A DNA stretch of 45,596 nucleotides, taken from Sphaerodactylus townsendi. Taxonomy: Eukaryota. A program made the position numbers and the translations under genes. Positions 24,314 through 36,256 of this stretch are shown here, in pieces; position 1 is the stretch's first letter, and each line of letters starts with the position of its first letter. The notes beneath the pieces are model-generated. The model was not told the origin of the DNA. It saw nothing but the letters and a program-made list of their open reading frames with translations, and did no database searches. The stretch spans positions 23,268,405-23,314,000 of the forward strand of contig NC_059439.1 in assembly GCF_021028975.2 (NCBI RefSeq), written 5' to 3'.

Positions 24314-25236
24314 TTATTTTTTTTATTTATTTATTTATTGTTTGGATTTGTAGACCGCCCCATCCCCGAAGGGCTCTGGGCGGTGCACAACAATATCCAC
24401 ATGTGTACAATTTATCATTACAATCAGTGCAATTACTAAAACCAATAAAATCCATTAAAAGCAGCGGTCAGTACAAAGATATCAGGCGTCCCAAAACCCA
24501 ATTTATTTAGAGGCCTCCCTAAGAAGAGGGAACGGCCGAACTCCCCTCTAAGAGGGTAGCATAAGATTGGTAAATCAGATATGTAAGGGGGGGCGCACAT
24601 TTCAGCGACTGGACACTCCAAAAGCCCGGCGGAACAACTCAGTCTTACAGGCCCTGCGGAACTCACCAAGGTCCCGTAGGGCCGGGACAGCTGGAGAAAG
24701 AGTGTTCCACCAGGCCGGGGCCAGGGCGTAAAGGTCCTGGCCCGTGTGGAGGCCAGCCGCATCATTGAGGGGCCAGGAACCACCAGCAAATTGGCTTCTG
24801 CTGAATGCAGAGGCCGAGTAGGGGCATATGGGGTAATGCGCTCTCTGAGATACGAGGGTCCCAGGCCACGTAAGGCCTTAAAGGTCAGAACCCACACCTT
24901 GAAGATGATTCGGAATTCCACTGGAAGCCAATGCAGCTGGCGCAACACAGGCTGGATGTGATCACGAAAGGCACCCCCTGTGAGCAAGCGTGCCGCTACA
25001 TTTTGGACCAGTTTCAATTTCCAAATCAAGCGCAAGGGAAGGCCCGCCTAGAGCGAGTTACAATAGTCTAGCCTGGAGGTGACCGTTGCATGGATCACAG
25101 TGGCTAGGTCCGCCTGAGAGAGAAAGGGGGCCAGCCGCCGGGCCTGACGGAGATGGAAAAACGCAGTCTGGGTTGTAAGGGCCACCTGGGTCTCCATTGA
25201 AAGAGATGAATCCAGGTGGACCCCCAGACTGCGAAC
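24314..25236 (-). mobile_element. L2 LINE 3' fragment
   Basis: VRSLGVHLDS...SRLDYCNSL / KLKLVQNVAARLL...LHWLPVEFRIIFK...GPSYL; frameshift near 25045; (AAAT)n tail. Confidence 0.92.
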
Positions 25237-26852
25237 GTACATTATGTACATTAAATGCATGTATGTCAAGATCAGCCACCACTCACCTACTAAATATTGA
25301 CTTCTACAGCTGAAAGGTAGAGGGCAAAACCATTTTTAAAAACACCCTCTAATTATCATCATTATCTTCTTCATTATTACTATTATTATTTTTACCAAGG
25401 CATCCCTGAAATAAGGATAAAATAGGTGCAGGGGTTTTTCAAGTGACAGGTATCAGGAAAGAGAGGCTGATATGTAGTCAATGGACTGAATGTATTGTAA
25501 TTCAAAATTAATTCAATAAAATGTATTAGGCCCAGTTTCAATGTATTTTAAAAAATGGATGTATTGGCTTTACCAGCCTGTTTATTCTTGGCTGAAAAGT
25601 AAATTTATTTTCAAACTGTTCAGTACATAGTCATTTTCAAACTGTTCAGTACATAATCATTTGCTGAATCAGATTATCTTGGGAGGGGGACTTTTGCTCT
25701 AGTTTCTCTAAGCAACCATATAGCAATTAACATGCATCCTAATCATCAAGGTACTTTGTGAGTAGCAGTTAGCAAAGCAGATGATTAAAAAGATTACTTG
25801 AAGTAATTGTAGGGAAGAACATCTATAAGTGTCTCCCTCGGGATGAGAAAATTATTATGGTTTCTCTTAGGGCCCAAGCAAACACAAAAGACCAATTATA
25901 ACTTGCTCAAGTTCTGAGACTTTGTTGATGAGTAAACAAAGACACTTGGCAACAAACTTCAGAGCTGAACTGTGCATGGGAGTCTCTAAGGTGTCCAGTG
26001 ACAGCCAGGTGAGCAGGGAACACAGAGAGACATAGTTTATGCTGATGGATTCTTAACACAGCAAACAAAGGCTGAGGCCTACTTCTATTCCACACATTGC
26101 AACCGAGTCACAATACATTTCCAATTTACACCCGCTATTAAACTATTAAACAAACTGACTGTATACGTGCAACTCACCTTAAAGCTAGGATGGACAACTA
26201 TATTTTGTCACACAGACAAGCACTCTCAGGCTCTTAAAAAAAGCGGGCAGTACTTTATTAAAAATTGGATACATTCAATTTATGACCCATGTGAGCTCAG
26301 GCACAGCTCAGTCATTATAGACAACAGAAAACACAGTGACCAATGTCGCCAAACATTTCCTCTCTCAAACACCAAATGACATTTTTTTTAATTTTGTTTG
26401 TTTATGTGCTTGCTTAGGGAATAATATGGAAACAATAATATACCCCAATAATAATTTGGTAAAGCCATCATAGTCCCAGTAAAATGACTTTGTGGCCTCT
26501 TTTGACCATCCCAACTATAAAGGATAGTATCTTGATAACAATGACAAAGATATTTTTTATCAAAGCCATTGCATTCCCATTTCATTATTGTTTTTCCTAT
26601 GTTTTATCTCACAGCAACACCAGTGATGTAAATTAGGCTGAGATAGTTTGAAACTGGCCCTTGGTCATCTAGTGAACTTTTTTGGCTAGGTGGGGGATTT
26701 GAATGATAATCCAACAGTAGTCATTTTACCACTCTGGCTCTACTACTTCTTTACCACTCTGGCTCTCACATTTTCAGAAGTCAGGTATACTGAGCACATG
26801 AGGAGAAACAGGAACATGCTTGTTGTATGCAAAAGGTCAGTGAGTGAAGTCC

Positions 26853-27144
26853 TGATTGGTGTTTGGAATATGCTGCCACAGGAGGTGGTGATGGCCACTA
26901 ACCTGGATAGCTTTGAAAAGGGCTTGGACAGATTTATGGAGGAGAAGTCGATCTCTGGCTACCAATCTTGATCCTCCTTGATCTCAGATTGCAAATGCCT
27001 TAGCAGACCAGGTGCTTGGGAGCAGCAGCAGCAGCAGCAGGCCACTGCTTTCACATCCTGCATGTGAGCTCCCAAAGGCACCTGGTGGGCCACTGCGAGT
27101 AGCAGAGAGCTGGACTAGATGGACTCTGGTCTGTTCTTATGTTC
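26853..27144 (+). mobile_element. CR1 LINE 3' end
   Basis: Close match to the reverse complement of 2972-3285; GVWNMLPQEVVMATNLDSF; ends GTTCTTATGTTC. Confidence 0.9.
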
Positions 27145-28032
27145 ATATGGATGTGTCAGCTGGTAGAATGGCCAATTGTTCAAAGACAGCATAGGCATAC
27201 TCAGCTTATATGTTTGCAGGCTAGGGTAGCTGAAGATCTCATGGGAGTACTCCAAGGGATAGAGAAAATGTGCCCTGGAAGGCATATTCTATGGCATTTT
27301 ATTCTATTAAGGTCCTTTCCTTTCCTTCCCTAAACCTCATCCTCTCCAGGCTCCACACCCAAAATGTCCAAGTATTTCTCAAGGCAAATCTAGTGCAGGC
27401 TTTCTGCAAACCAAAGGGTCGAATGCACTGAAATAAGATTCAGGGATGATTAGAACAATCCTGTTCTCCTTTCATGTACATTATTTTCCAAACAGGGAAG
27501 GTCTTCTTCATGTAGGACCATATGCCCTAGGTGCATTAGGCCCTAAAATACAGGTTTCTACTGTATATGATCAAATAATATGAAATTAGTGCATCAGCTA
27601 ACTATGATGGCCCACATAGGATTGGCTGGCTCACCAACATGATCCCCAGGAGTTACTGAGAGTAGGGTTGCCAGGTAGTGCCTAGAAACAGGCAGGACAG
27701 TTGTGGGAAGGGACCACGATTCCAGGACCTGGAAGTGACATGGCAGAACAGCCTTTATCACAGGACTTCCCTCCCCCCCCCCACTGTTATTCAGAGTGGC
27801 GGTGGCCAACAAAAGTAGATGAAGGGGGTTTTCTGCCCTGACCAGGGGCCTCTGTGAGACAGGTTAACCTGAGCATATGAATAGCCCAAGGTCATCCTTC
27901 CATGACAGTGAATTCAACTGTGGGTGTTATATAACTTACCCTGACACTCTAACCACAATACCATAAATGAAAGAAGGGATGGGGATTCTGAGATCAGATG
28001 TCTCAACAAATGTTTGAGGTTTTAAAAAACTG

Positions 28033-28328
28033 AAGAAGACTTGGGTTTTTTAAGCCACATTTTTCTCTACCTTTAAGGAGCCTCAGAGCAGCTTATAATT
28101 GCTTTCCTTTTCCCTCCCCACAACAGATACCTTGTGAGGTAGGTGGGGCTTAGAGAGTTCTGAGAGAACTCTCAGAAGGTCACCTAAGGTCACCCAGCAG
28201 ACTTCATTTGTTGGTGTGTGTTGGGAGGGGATCTAGTTCACCAGATTAGATTCTGTCGGGCATGTGGCAGACTGGGGAATCAAACCCAGTTCTCCAGATG
28301 AGAGCCCACTGCTCTACACCACACTGGC
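28033..28328 (-). mobile_element. Older Squam3-like SINE
   Basis: Core CCTTGTGAGGTAGGTGGGGCT, B box GGTTTGATTCC, GAAGAAG tail remnant. Confidence 0.7.
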
Positions 28329-28525
28329 TAAATCAGGAAAATGGGCTAGATTGCATGAAGGAGCTGGCTGGATGCATCCTTCCAATCTGTGGGGAGCCTT
28401 TTTCTCCAGAGCAAGCTTCTGCCTTCTGGAGTGACACTCTTAACTGCATTTCCTATATTCAGATTCTTCAGTGACTTCATTGTCCTCATTTCCTAATGGA
28501 ATCTAAATGACCCCATCTGGCTAAT

Positions 28526-29458
28526 TCAGGAAAGGAGAACCCTTCTAAGCATTTTCCCCAAGGCTTCTTTAACCTCCTTATTTCTCAAGGTATATATAAG
28601 GGGATTTGCAAAGGGGGGCAGCACCGTATATGAGAGAGACAAAACCTTGTTGAGATCACTCAGTTTGTCAGTCTTGGGTAACATGTACACAATCATTATA
28701 GCCCCATAGAAAGTGCTAACAACAATAAGGTGAGAGGAGCACGTGGAAAAGGCTTTTTTCCTTCCAGTTGTTGAAGGAATTCTAAAGACAGTAGTTATAA
28801 TTAATATGTAGGAAGTTATAGTAAGGAGAAAGGGGGGCAAGCTGAATGCAGATGCCAGGAAGAGAGTCACGACTTCTGCCAGGCTGCGGTCACTACAGGC
28901 TAGTTTCGTAAGGGCTAAACTATCACAATAGTAATCATCAATTTCATTGGGGCCACAGTACGTCAATTGTAACATGACACCCAACATAAGGAAGGAAAAA
29001 ACAAACCCATTGATCCATGAGCATGCCGCTAGCTGGACACACATTTGTGAACTCATTCTTGTTGCATAGTGCAGGGGTTTACAGATGGCTAAATATCGGT
29101 CATATGACATTACTGAGAGGAGATAACATTCTGTACCCGCTAGGGAACCGCAGAAATATAGCTGGGTGAGGCACGCTGTTAAAGAAATGGCTTCATCTTT
29201 TGTGAAGAGACTAGCCAGCATCTTGGGTTGGATGGTTGAACTGTAGAACATCTCCAAGCAAGACAAATTTCCCAGGAAGAAGTACATGGGTGTGTGAAGG
29301 TGCTGCTCAGTTATTATGAGAAGAATGGTGAGAATGTTGGCAGCCATGGTTGACACATAGAGCACTAGAAACACCGAGAATAGGAAGAGCTGCAGTTCAT
29401 GAAGTTTTCCAAATCCTAGAAAGATGAACTCTGTGATTTCTGACTGGTTTCTCTGCAT
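28526..29458 (-). CDS. Olfactory receptor, class II (OR11A/OR6-related reptile clade), intact, 310 aa
   Basis: ATG 29458 MQRNQS; [42 protein letters not shown]; acceptor TTTATTTCAG at ~29503. Confidence 0.96.
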   Translation of the reverse strand: MQRNQSEITEFIFLGFGKLHELQLFLFSVFLVLYVSTMAANILTILLIITEQHLHTPMYFFLGNLSCLEMFYSSTIQPKMLASLFTKDEAISLTACLTQLYFCGSLAGTECYLLSVMSYDRYLAICKPLHYATRMSSQMCVQLAACSWINGFVFSFLMLGVMLQLTYCGPNEIDDYYCDSLALTKLACSDRSLAEVVTLFLASAFSLPPFLLTITSYILIITTVFRIPSTTGRKKAFSTCSSHLIVVSTFYGAIMIVYMLPKTDKLSDLNKVLSLSYTVLPPFANPLIYTLRNKEVKEALGKMLRRVLLS

Positions 29459-31072
29459 TGTGTTCACTAAACCAAATAGACGTATTGAAGGTACATCAGG
29501 TCCTGAAATAAAGTTTGAATATAAAATACCAAATCAGTTAATGTAAACATGAATTTTAGCAGATTCATTACAATTTCATTATAAAGGTATTCTGGAACAT
29601 AAAAGCAGGGAAGCTACAAAGACTTGAGGGGGCATCCCATTTTCCTCTACATCCCTTTCTTCACAATTCCCTCTTTTCATTTCTTGGCAGTTCCTTTAGC
29701 CTCTCTCCTTTTCCTCATTCCTTCCCTTCTTCCCACCCAACAGACAAACTACCTTTATCAGCTTTTCTATTTTCAACTTTCCCTTCTTCTGCCCCCTGGT
29801 AGCTTTTCCTGTTAAAAGGCTGGCCTCGTCTGGTGGCTAATAGTGCACTCCATCAAACGGTGCATTGGCATCCTGTTTGAGTCCAGTTGTGCAGTGGCTG
29901 CTATCCACAAACTAGGTTCAGTTAGACCTGTCCCTAATGAATCCTTGATCATCAGAGAACATGGCAGTGGAGGACTATGGGACACTTTCAAAAGCTGTTT
30001 TGTCCAAGATCCTCACCCTTATAAACGAGCAATAGTGTTGTAGTTGCCTAGCAACCCCCAAATAGTGACTCAGAACTCAGTAGGTATTCTAGTCTCAAAG
30101 ATCCTATTGTTGTTTAAATTATTTTGAAGAGCATTAATCCTCTGGTTTATTTTTTTAAAGAGTTTGAGCTTCCTTCAATTTGAAGTGAATTCTGGCCTAT
30201 CTTCCCCTAACTCCATTTTGTTTATTTTTTAATCGATGTACTATGGACTGGTTTGGAATTAGATATATGTTGTATATGTAAGTCTCACAAAACAGCCAGT
30301 TTTCCTTTCGAAATACCCAGCTGACAGTGACTTTCTGTTGCATGGAATTTTCATGCAACTGAACTTTCGTAATAACCAGTGCGATACTGCACACTTCCCC
30401 TGATTATAGCCCTATTCATTGTAATGGGATTTTATGCCATGTGGGCAAATGCTAAAAGAAGGGAGGCTATGTTGAGCCACTTATGTGCACCTGCAGAGGA
30501 ATGGACTGGGCTCTGAATGTTTACATTATGGCCTAACGAAGCACTATTCACAAAGAATTAGTTGCAGCTTATCTAAGACAAAGTGAATTTCAAGTTCCTG
30601 GTGGAAGTGCTTCAGGGATGTAAAATGTTGGAAGATGGTTCCAATAATGCTTTCTGAAGTAATTTTTTTTCATCTACTATTGAAATGGTACTTGATTTAT
30701 TCCTGTTTCCCTAATCCAAGAAAGAGAAAGAGGGAGTCATTTTCTTGTATGCTGTCTCCACTGCTAGACTGATGCTGGTAAAAACTTTTAAAAATGAAGA
30801 AAATTCAACCAAGGAAATCATTTTTGATAAAAAGAAAAGAATATGTACTTATTAGGTTAACAACATTACACACACAAAAATGTAAGATGTCTATAGGACA
30901 TAGATTTAATGCAGCAAGAAGTCCTGGCATGTAAGGGAGAAACAATGTAATACTCTGCTTTATTTTTTCTTCATTTTTTAAATGAATGAACAGTGGGTAA
31001 TTACAATAAAATAAAATAAAGTTCCTTCTGTAGAGAAATGTCTCAGTAGTTTTGAAAGAAATACAAAACAGA

Positions 31073-31213
31073 GGCTCCTTCCGCACATGCAGAATAATGC
31101 ACTTTCAAACTGCTTTCAATGCTCTTTGAAGCTGTGCGGAATAGCAAAATCCACTTGCAAACAGTTGTGAAAGTGGTTTGAAAATGCATTATTCTGCGTG
31201 TGCGGAAAGGGCC
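31073..31213. mobile_element. Palindromic Harbinger-like MITE
   Basis: ~35-bp imperfect TIRs; 3-bp TSD AGA/AGA. Confidence 0.87.
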
Positions 31214-32672
31214 AGAATTTGCAAAAAGTTTAAAATTTCTCAAGGGGAGGAGCAGGCCAAAACTTTTTTTTCCTACATGAGTTCACCTTAAAACAATATA
31301 TGCCATTTTTTTAACATGGAGACTCCAAAGAAAAATCAACCTTTCATTTTCAGACTTTCATCTATAAACTTCACTATATCAATCGATCAAACTACCCTGA
31401 GTACCTTACTTCAGTTCGTCCTGCCAATTTCTCTGAAATCTATATTTTTCTACCTCAAGCACAAATTGAAGGTCCTTTCCCACTCTCATCAGTAAAAAAA
31501 TTGTGAAATAAACCTGTGCAAGTCATTTAAACAGTTTGAATGACTCTAGTAGTACAATTACTATTTTTGAAAAGGTAATCTAGCTACCTAGACAGATGGA
31601 GTGCGGTTTTACCTTAGGTGAATGGAGATATTCCACAGCAAAATTTTGTGTAGGGTCCAACAGAAGGACGTTCAATGGATTATCGTTGATCAAGGCCTGC
31701 TGGACCAACCTGACACTTGATGATTGTGAAGATTCTCACGAAGAATGCAGGATAAAAAGGATCTTCATCAGATCCAGCAGATTCTTACGTTCTTGAGTAA
31801 AAATTAATGCCAGGTTAAAATTATTGTTTACCTGTCATTGTTTACTGAATATGAACTCCCATCTTCTATAAAGCGCTGAATCACAGAGAATCTCATCAAT
31901 AAAAGAAAGCAAAAAAATAGGCCATGCAAAACAGCAGGCAGTCCTCTGATTTAGACCCAAATGCTTCAGATTTGTATGACTTTCTGAATGAGCAAAATTC
32001 AACGAATCGCCATGAATAAACCAAAACTGAAGAATATGAAGAGGGCAATGAATTAGGAAGAGCCTCAACAATCTAATAAATTATATTAGTTCCATAGTAG
32101 AATGTGTTATTTGCTTAACATTAGCAAGCTTATTATGGAGTTCTGTGTTTCCCCCAGGTAGGTTAATTCCCAGTCTAATGTGATCAACAGTGTCATCAGC
32201 TTCTGGGTTATTCAGGCAATCATCTGTGAAGGTAGGTTGAAGAGGGAAATGGAACAAGATGCTGTAAAGAGTGGGAGATCTGAATGCACACACCTAAACA
32301 TGAACAAAAGTTCACAAAGTGAAATGGATTGCTTGAAAACCCGAGCAAGGCACAGCATGAATTTTGATTCTTTTAAAACTGTTTTAACTTTTTAAGAATA
32401 CATTTATATTAACTCTGTAGAGTTTTTAAAAATCATCCTGGTACAGACTTCCACAATAGCATAATGGAGATGCCCAAGTAGTGCTTCTNNNNNNNNNNNN
32501 NNNNNNNNNNNNNNNNNNNNNNNNNNNNNNNNNNNNNNNNNNNNNNNNNNNNNNNNNNNNNNNNNNNNNNNNNNNNNNNNNNNNNNNNNNNNNNNNNNNN
32601 NNNNNNNNNNNNNNNNNNNNNNNNNNNNNNNNNNNNNNNNNNNNNNNNNNNNNNNNNNNNNNNNNNNNNNNN

Positions 32673-32900
32673 CTCGTTGGTTCGTTGGTTCGTTGGTTCG
32701 GTCGGTCGGTCGGTCGGTCGGTCGGTCGGTCGGTCGGTCGGGTCCGGTCCGGTCCGGTCCGGTCCGGTCCGGTCCGGTCCGGTCCGGTCCGGTCCGGTCC
32801 GGTCCGGTCCGGTCTGGTCCGTCCGGTCCATTCCGTCTGGTCCGGTTCGGTCCAGTCCGGTCGGTCCGTCGGTTCGTTGGTCCGTCGGTCCGTTCGTTCG
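32673..32900. repeat. Compound microsatellite (GGTC)n(GGTCC)n next to a gap
   Basis: Directly visible; the paralogous position 34762-34833 has (GTTC/GTTA/ATTC)n. Confidence 0.9.
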
Positions 32901-33375
32901 CACCCTCCCTTTCTCCCCATTGGAAACCTGATGGCTTATAACATTTTTCTCTCTTTCATTTTGCCTTACAAAAATGCTATGAGGTAGGTTAAGCTGAACG
33001 TGTAAATACCAAGGTCACACTTCCATTATAGTGGATTCACCTGTGGGTGTCCTATAACTTACCTTGACACTCTAGCCACCATACCATAAATGAGAGGTGG
33101 GATGGGGATTCTGTGTTCAGATCTCTCAACAAATGTTTAAAATTTTTAAAAAATGAGAAGAAGGGGTGGCTTTTATAACCCACTTTTCTCTACCTTTAAG
33201 GAATCTCAAAGTGACTTACATACTTCAGTTTCCCTCCCCACAATGGATATTTTGTGAAGCAGGTGAGGCTGAGACAGTTCTGAGAGAACTGTGACTAGCT
33301 CATGGTTTATGTTGAGGACTGGGAAATCAAACCCAGGGCTGCTGATTAGAGTCTGCTACTCTTAGCCACTATATC

Positions 33376-33511
33376 CAGTGGTGAGATTCAAATAATTTAA
33401 AAACTGGTTCCAGTGGCGGGATTCAAATAATTTTACAACTGGTTGTTTACAAGCACCATTTTAACAACCGGTTCTGCTGAAGTGGTGCGAACCTGCTGAA
33501 TCCCGCCATTG
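33376..33511. mobile_element. hAT MITE (136 bp) with duplicated left end
   Basis: TIRs CAGTGGTGAGATTCA / TGAATCCCGCCATTG; 8-bp TSD ACTATATC; single empty site in the duplicate at 35574-35581. Confidence 0.92.
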
Positions 33512-34193
33512 ACTATATCATAACCAGCTGTGATGGAATGACAATTTTGATACTGATCATTCTATGAGGGCACCAATTTCCTTGTAGAAATATATTTTGG
33601 AGTTTTTAATAAACCCGGGGTGGGGGGAATCTATCCCTGTTTTCCTTGTTTGTTAGTTGCATCACAAATATGATAGGGTAGTATCATATCATTCTGTGCA
33701 CAAGTTCAAAAAGCTCCTGTTAAAAAAGATTATTCCTCCAGTAGAAAGACCATGCGTTTAACCAGGGAGACTGGTAAGATGCAATGCTGTGCTTTAAATC
33801 TGCATTGAACTCCTTTCGACAGGGGAAAATGGTGTACAAAATACAACAAATAAATACAAATAATAACTAGAATTGGTCACATTTTGAATACCTAGCTTGA
33901 TTTCTAACATTCTATGTTTGTTTTGCCATAGAGGGATAGTTGTACTTTTTCGACTCATATGTGGATCTTACAATAATAGTTAGAAGAAAAATTGTCACTG
34001 TTATATAAAAATTTAAGATTAGTGATAGTTGCTGTGTACAAGGTAAATGTGATTCAGCAAAGATAATTTTAATATTATTCCAGTCACTCTGTTGATTGTT
34101 ACATTAATATGTGAATAACACTTCTTTGCACTAGAGTAGTTTACACAGCTAGCAAAATCTTCTTAATAAATTATTTCACTTTTCTCTATATGA

Positions 34194-34331
34194 TCAACTT
34201 TTTAAAAATCCCTGCTTGAACTTTGTAGGAATAGGAATCTTTCTAACCATTTTTCTGAATGCATCCTTTACCTCCTTATTTCTCAAGCTGTATATAAGAG
34301 GATTTGCAATTGGGGGCAGCACTGTATACAA
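34194..34331 (-). pseudogene. Duplicated 3' fragment (TM7 and C-tail) of the OR at 36257-37198
   Basis: [35 protein letters not shown] identical to the parent; begins at the duplication junction. Confidence 0.93.
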
Positions 34332-35256
34332 AAGTTCACAAAGTGAAATGGATTGCTTGAAAACCCGAGCAAGACACTGCATGAATTCTGATTCTTTTAA
34401 AACTGTTTTAACTTTTTAAGAATACATTTATATTAATTCTGTAGAGTTTTTAAAAATCATCCTGGTACAGACTTCCACAGTAGCATAATGGAGATGCACA
34501 AATAGTGCTTCTGNNNNNNNNNNNNNNNNNNNNNNNNNNNNNNNNNNNNNNNNNNNNNNNNNNNNNNNNNNNNNNNNNNNNNNNNNNNNNNNNNNNNNNN
34601 NNNNNNNNNNNNNNNNNNNNNNNNNNNNNNNNNNNNNNNNNNNNNNNNNNNNNNNNNNNNNNNNNNNNNNNNNNNNNNNNNNNNNNNNNNNNNNNNNNNN
34701 NNNNNNNNNNNNNNNNNNNNNNNNNNNNNNNNNNNNNNNNNNNNNNNNNNNNNNNNNNNNNNGTTGTTCGTTCGTTTGTGCGTTCATTAGTTAGTTAGTT
34801 AGTTAGTTTGTTTGTTCGTTCGTTCATTCATTCACACCCTCCCTTTCTCCCCATTGGAAACCTGATGTGCTTATAACATTTTCCTCTCATCCATTTTGCC
34901 TTACAAAAATGCTATGAGGTATGTTAAGCTGAACATGTGAATAGCCAAGTTCACACTTCCATGATAGTGGATTCAACTGTGGGTGTCCCATAACTTACCC
35001 TGACACTCTAGCCACCATACCATAAATGAGAGATGGGATGGGGATTCTGTGTTCAGATCTCTCAACAAATGTTTAAGATTTTAAAAAAATCAGAAGAAGA
35101 AGAGGTGGCTTTTATAACCCACTTTTCTCTACCTTTAAGGAATCTCAAAGTGACTTCCATTCTTCAGTTTCCCACCCCACAATGGATATTTTGTGAGGTA
35201 GGTGAGGCTGAGACAGTTCTGAGAGAACTGTGACTAGCTCAAGGTCACCCAGCAAG

Positions 35257-35507
35257 GGTCAAATCCCCACTACCATCTTAGCCAGGTTTCAGAACACAAA
35301 CTAACCAGGTTTGAGGGATGACCTTCCCGGTCGAATCCCCACTACCATCTTAGCCAGGTTTCAGAACACAAACAACCTCAAACCTGGTTAGTTTGTGTTC
35401 TGAAACCAGGCTAAGACGGTAGTGGGGATTCGACCGGGGAGGTCGTCCCTCAAACCTGGTTAGTCTGTGTTCTGAAACCTGGCTAAGACAGTAGTGGGGA
35501 TTCGACC
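35257..35507. mobile_element. Modular foldback MITE made of 72-bp units, Harbinger-like
   Basis: Units start at 35257 and 35329, inverted units end at 35435 and 35507; 3-bp TSD AAG/AAG; absent from the duplicate at ~33300. Confidence 0.88.
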
Positions 35508-36256
35508 AAGGTTTATGTTGAGGACCGGTAAATCAAACCAAGTACTGCTGATTAGAATCTGCTACTCTTCACCACTATATCACACCCAGCTGGGATGGAA
35601 TGGCAATTTTGATACTGATCATTCTATGAGGGCACCAATTTCCTTGTAGAAATAGATTTTGGAGTTTTTAATAAACCCAGGGTGGGGAGAATCTAACCCT
35701 GTTTTCCTTGTTTGTTTGTTAGTTCCATCATAAATATGACAGGGTAGTGTCATAGCATTCTGTGCACAATTCAATAAGCTCCTATTTTAAAAAAAATCAT
35801 TCCTCCTGTAGAAAGACATTTAACCAGGGAGAGTAGTAAGATGCAATGCTGCACTTTAATCTGTGTTGAACCCCTTTTGACAGGGAAAAAGGGTCCTCAA
35901 ATACCACAAATAAATAAAAATAATAACTAGAATTGGTTACATTTTGAAGACCTAGCTTGATTTCTTACATTCTATGTTTGTTTAGCCATTGAAGGATATT
36001 TGCACATTTTCTACTCATATGTGGATCTGCCTTACCTCTAATAGAAGAAAACATTGTCACCGTTGTTATATAAAAAGTTAAGATTAGTGATAGTTGCTGT
36101 GTACAAGGTAAATGTTGTTCAGTAAAGACAATTCTAATATTCATTCCAGTCACTCTGTTGATTGTTACATTAATATGAGAACAATACTTCTTTGCCCTGG
36201 AATATAACTAGTAACATCTTAATAAATTATTTCACTTTCTCTATATGATCAACTTT

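Noticed and set aside
32426-32987. Repetitive RTGPD/VRSGP proteins
   Set aside because: Microsatellite and gap translation
35257-35507. CRISPR-like repeat array
   Set aside because: Eukaryotic context, no unique spacers, repeats are inverted and bounded by a TSD
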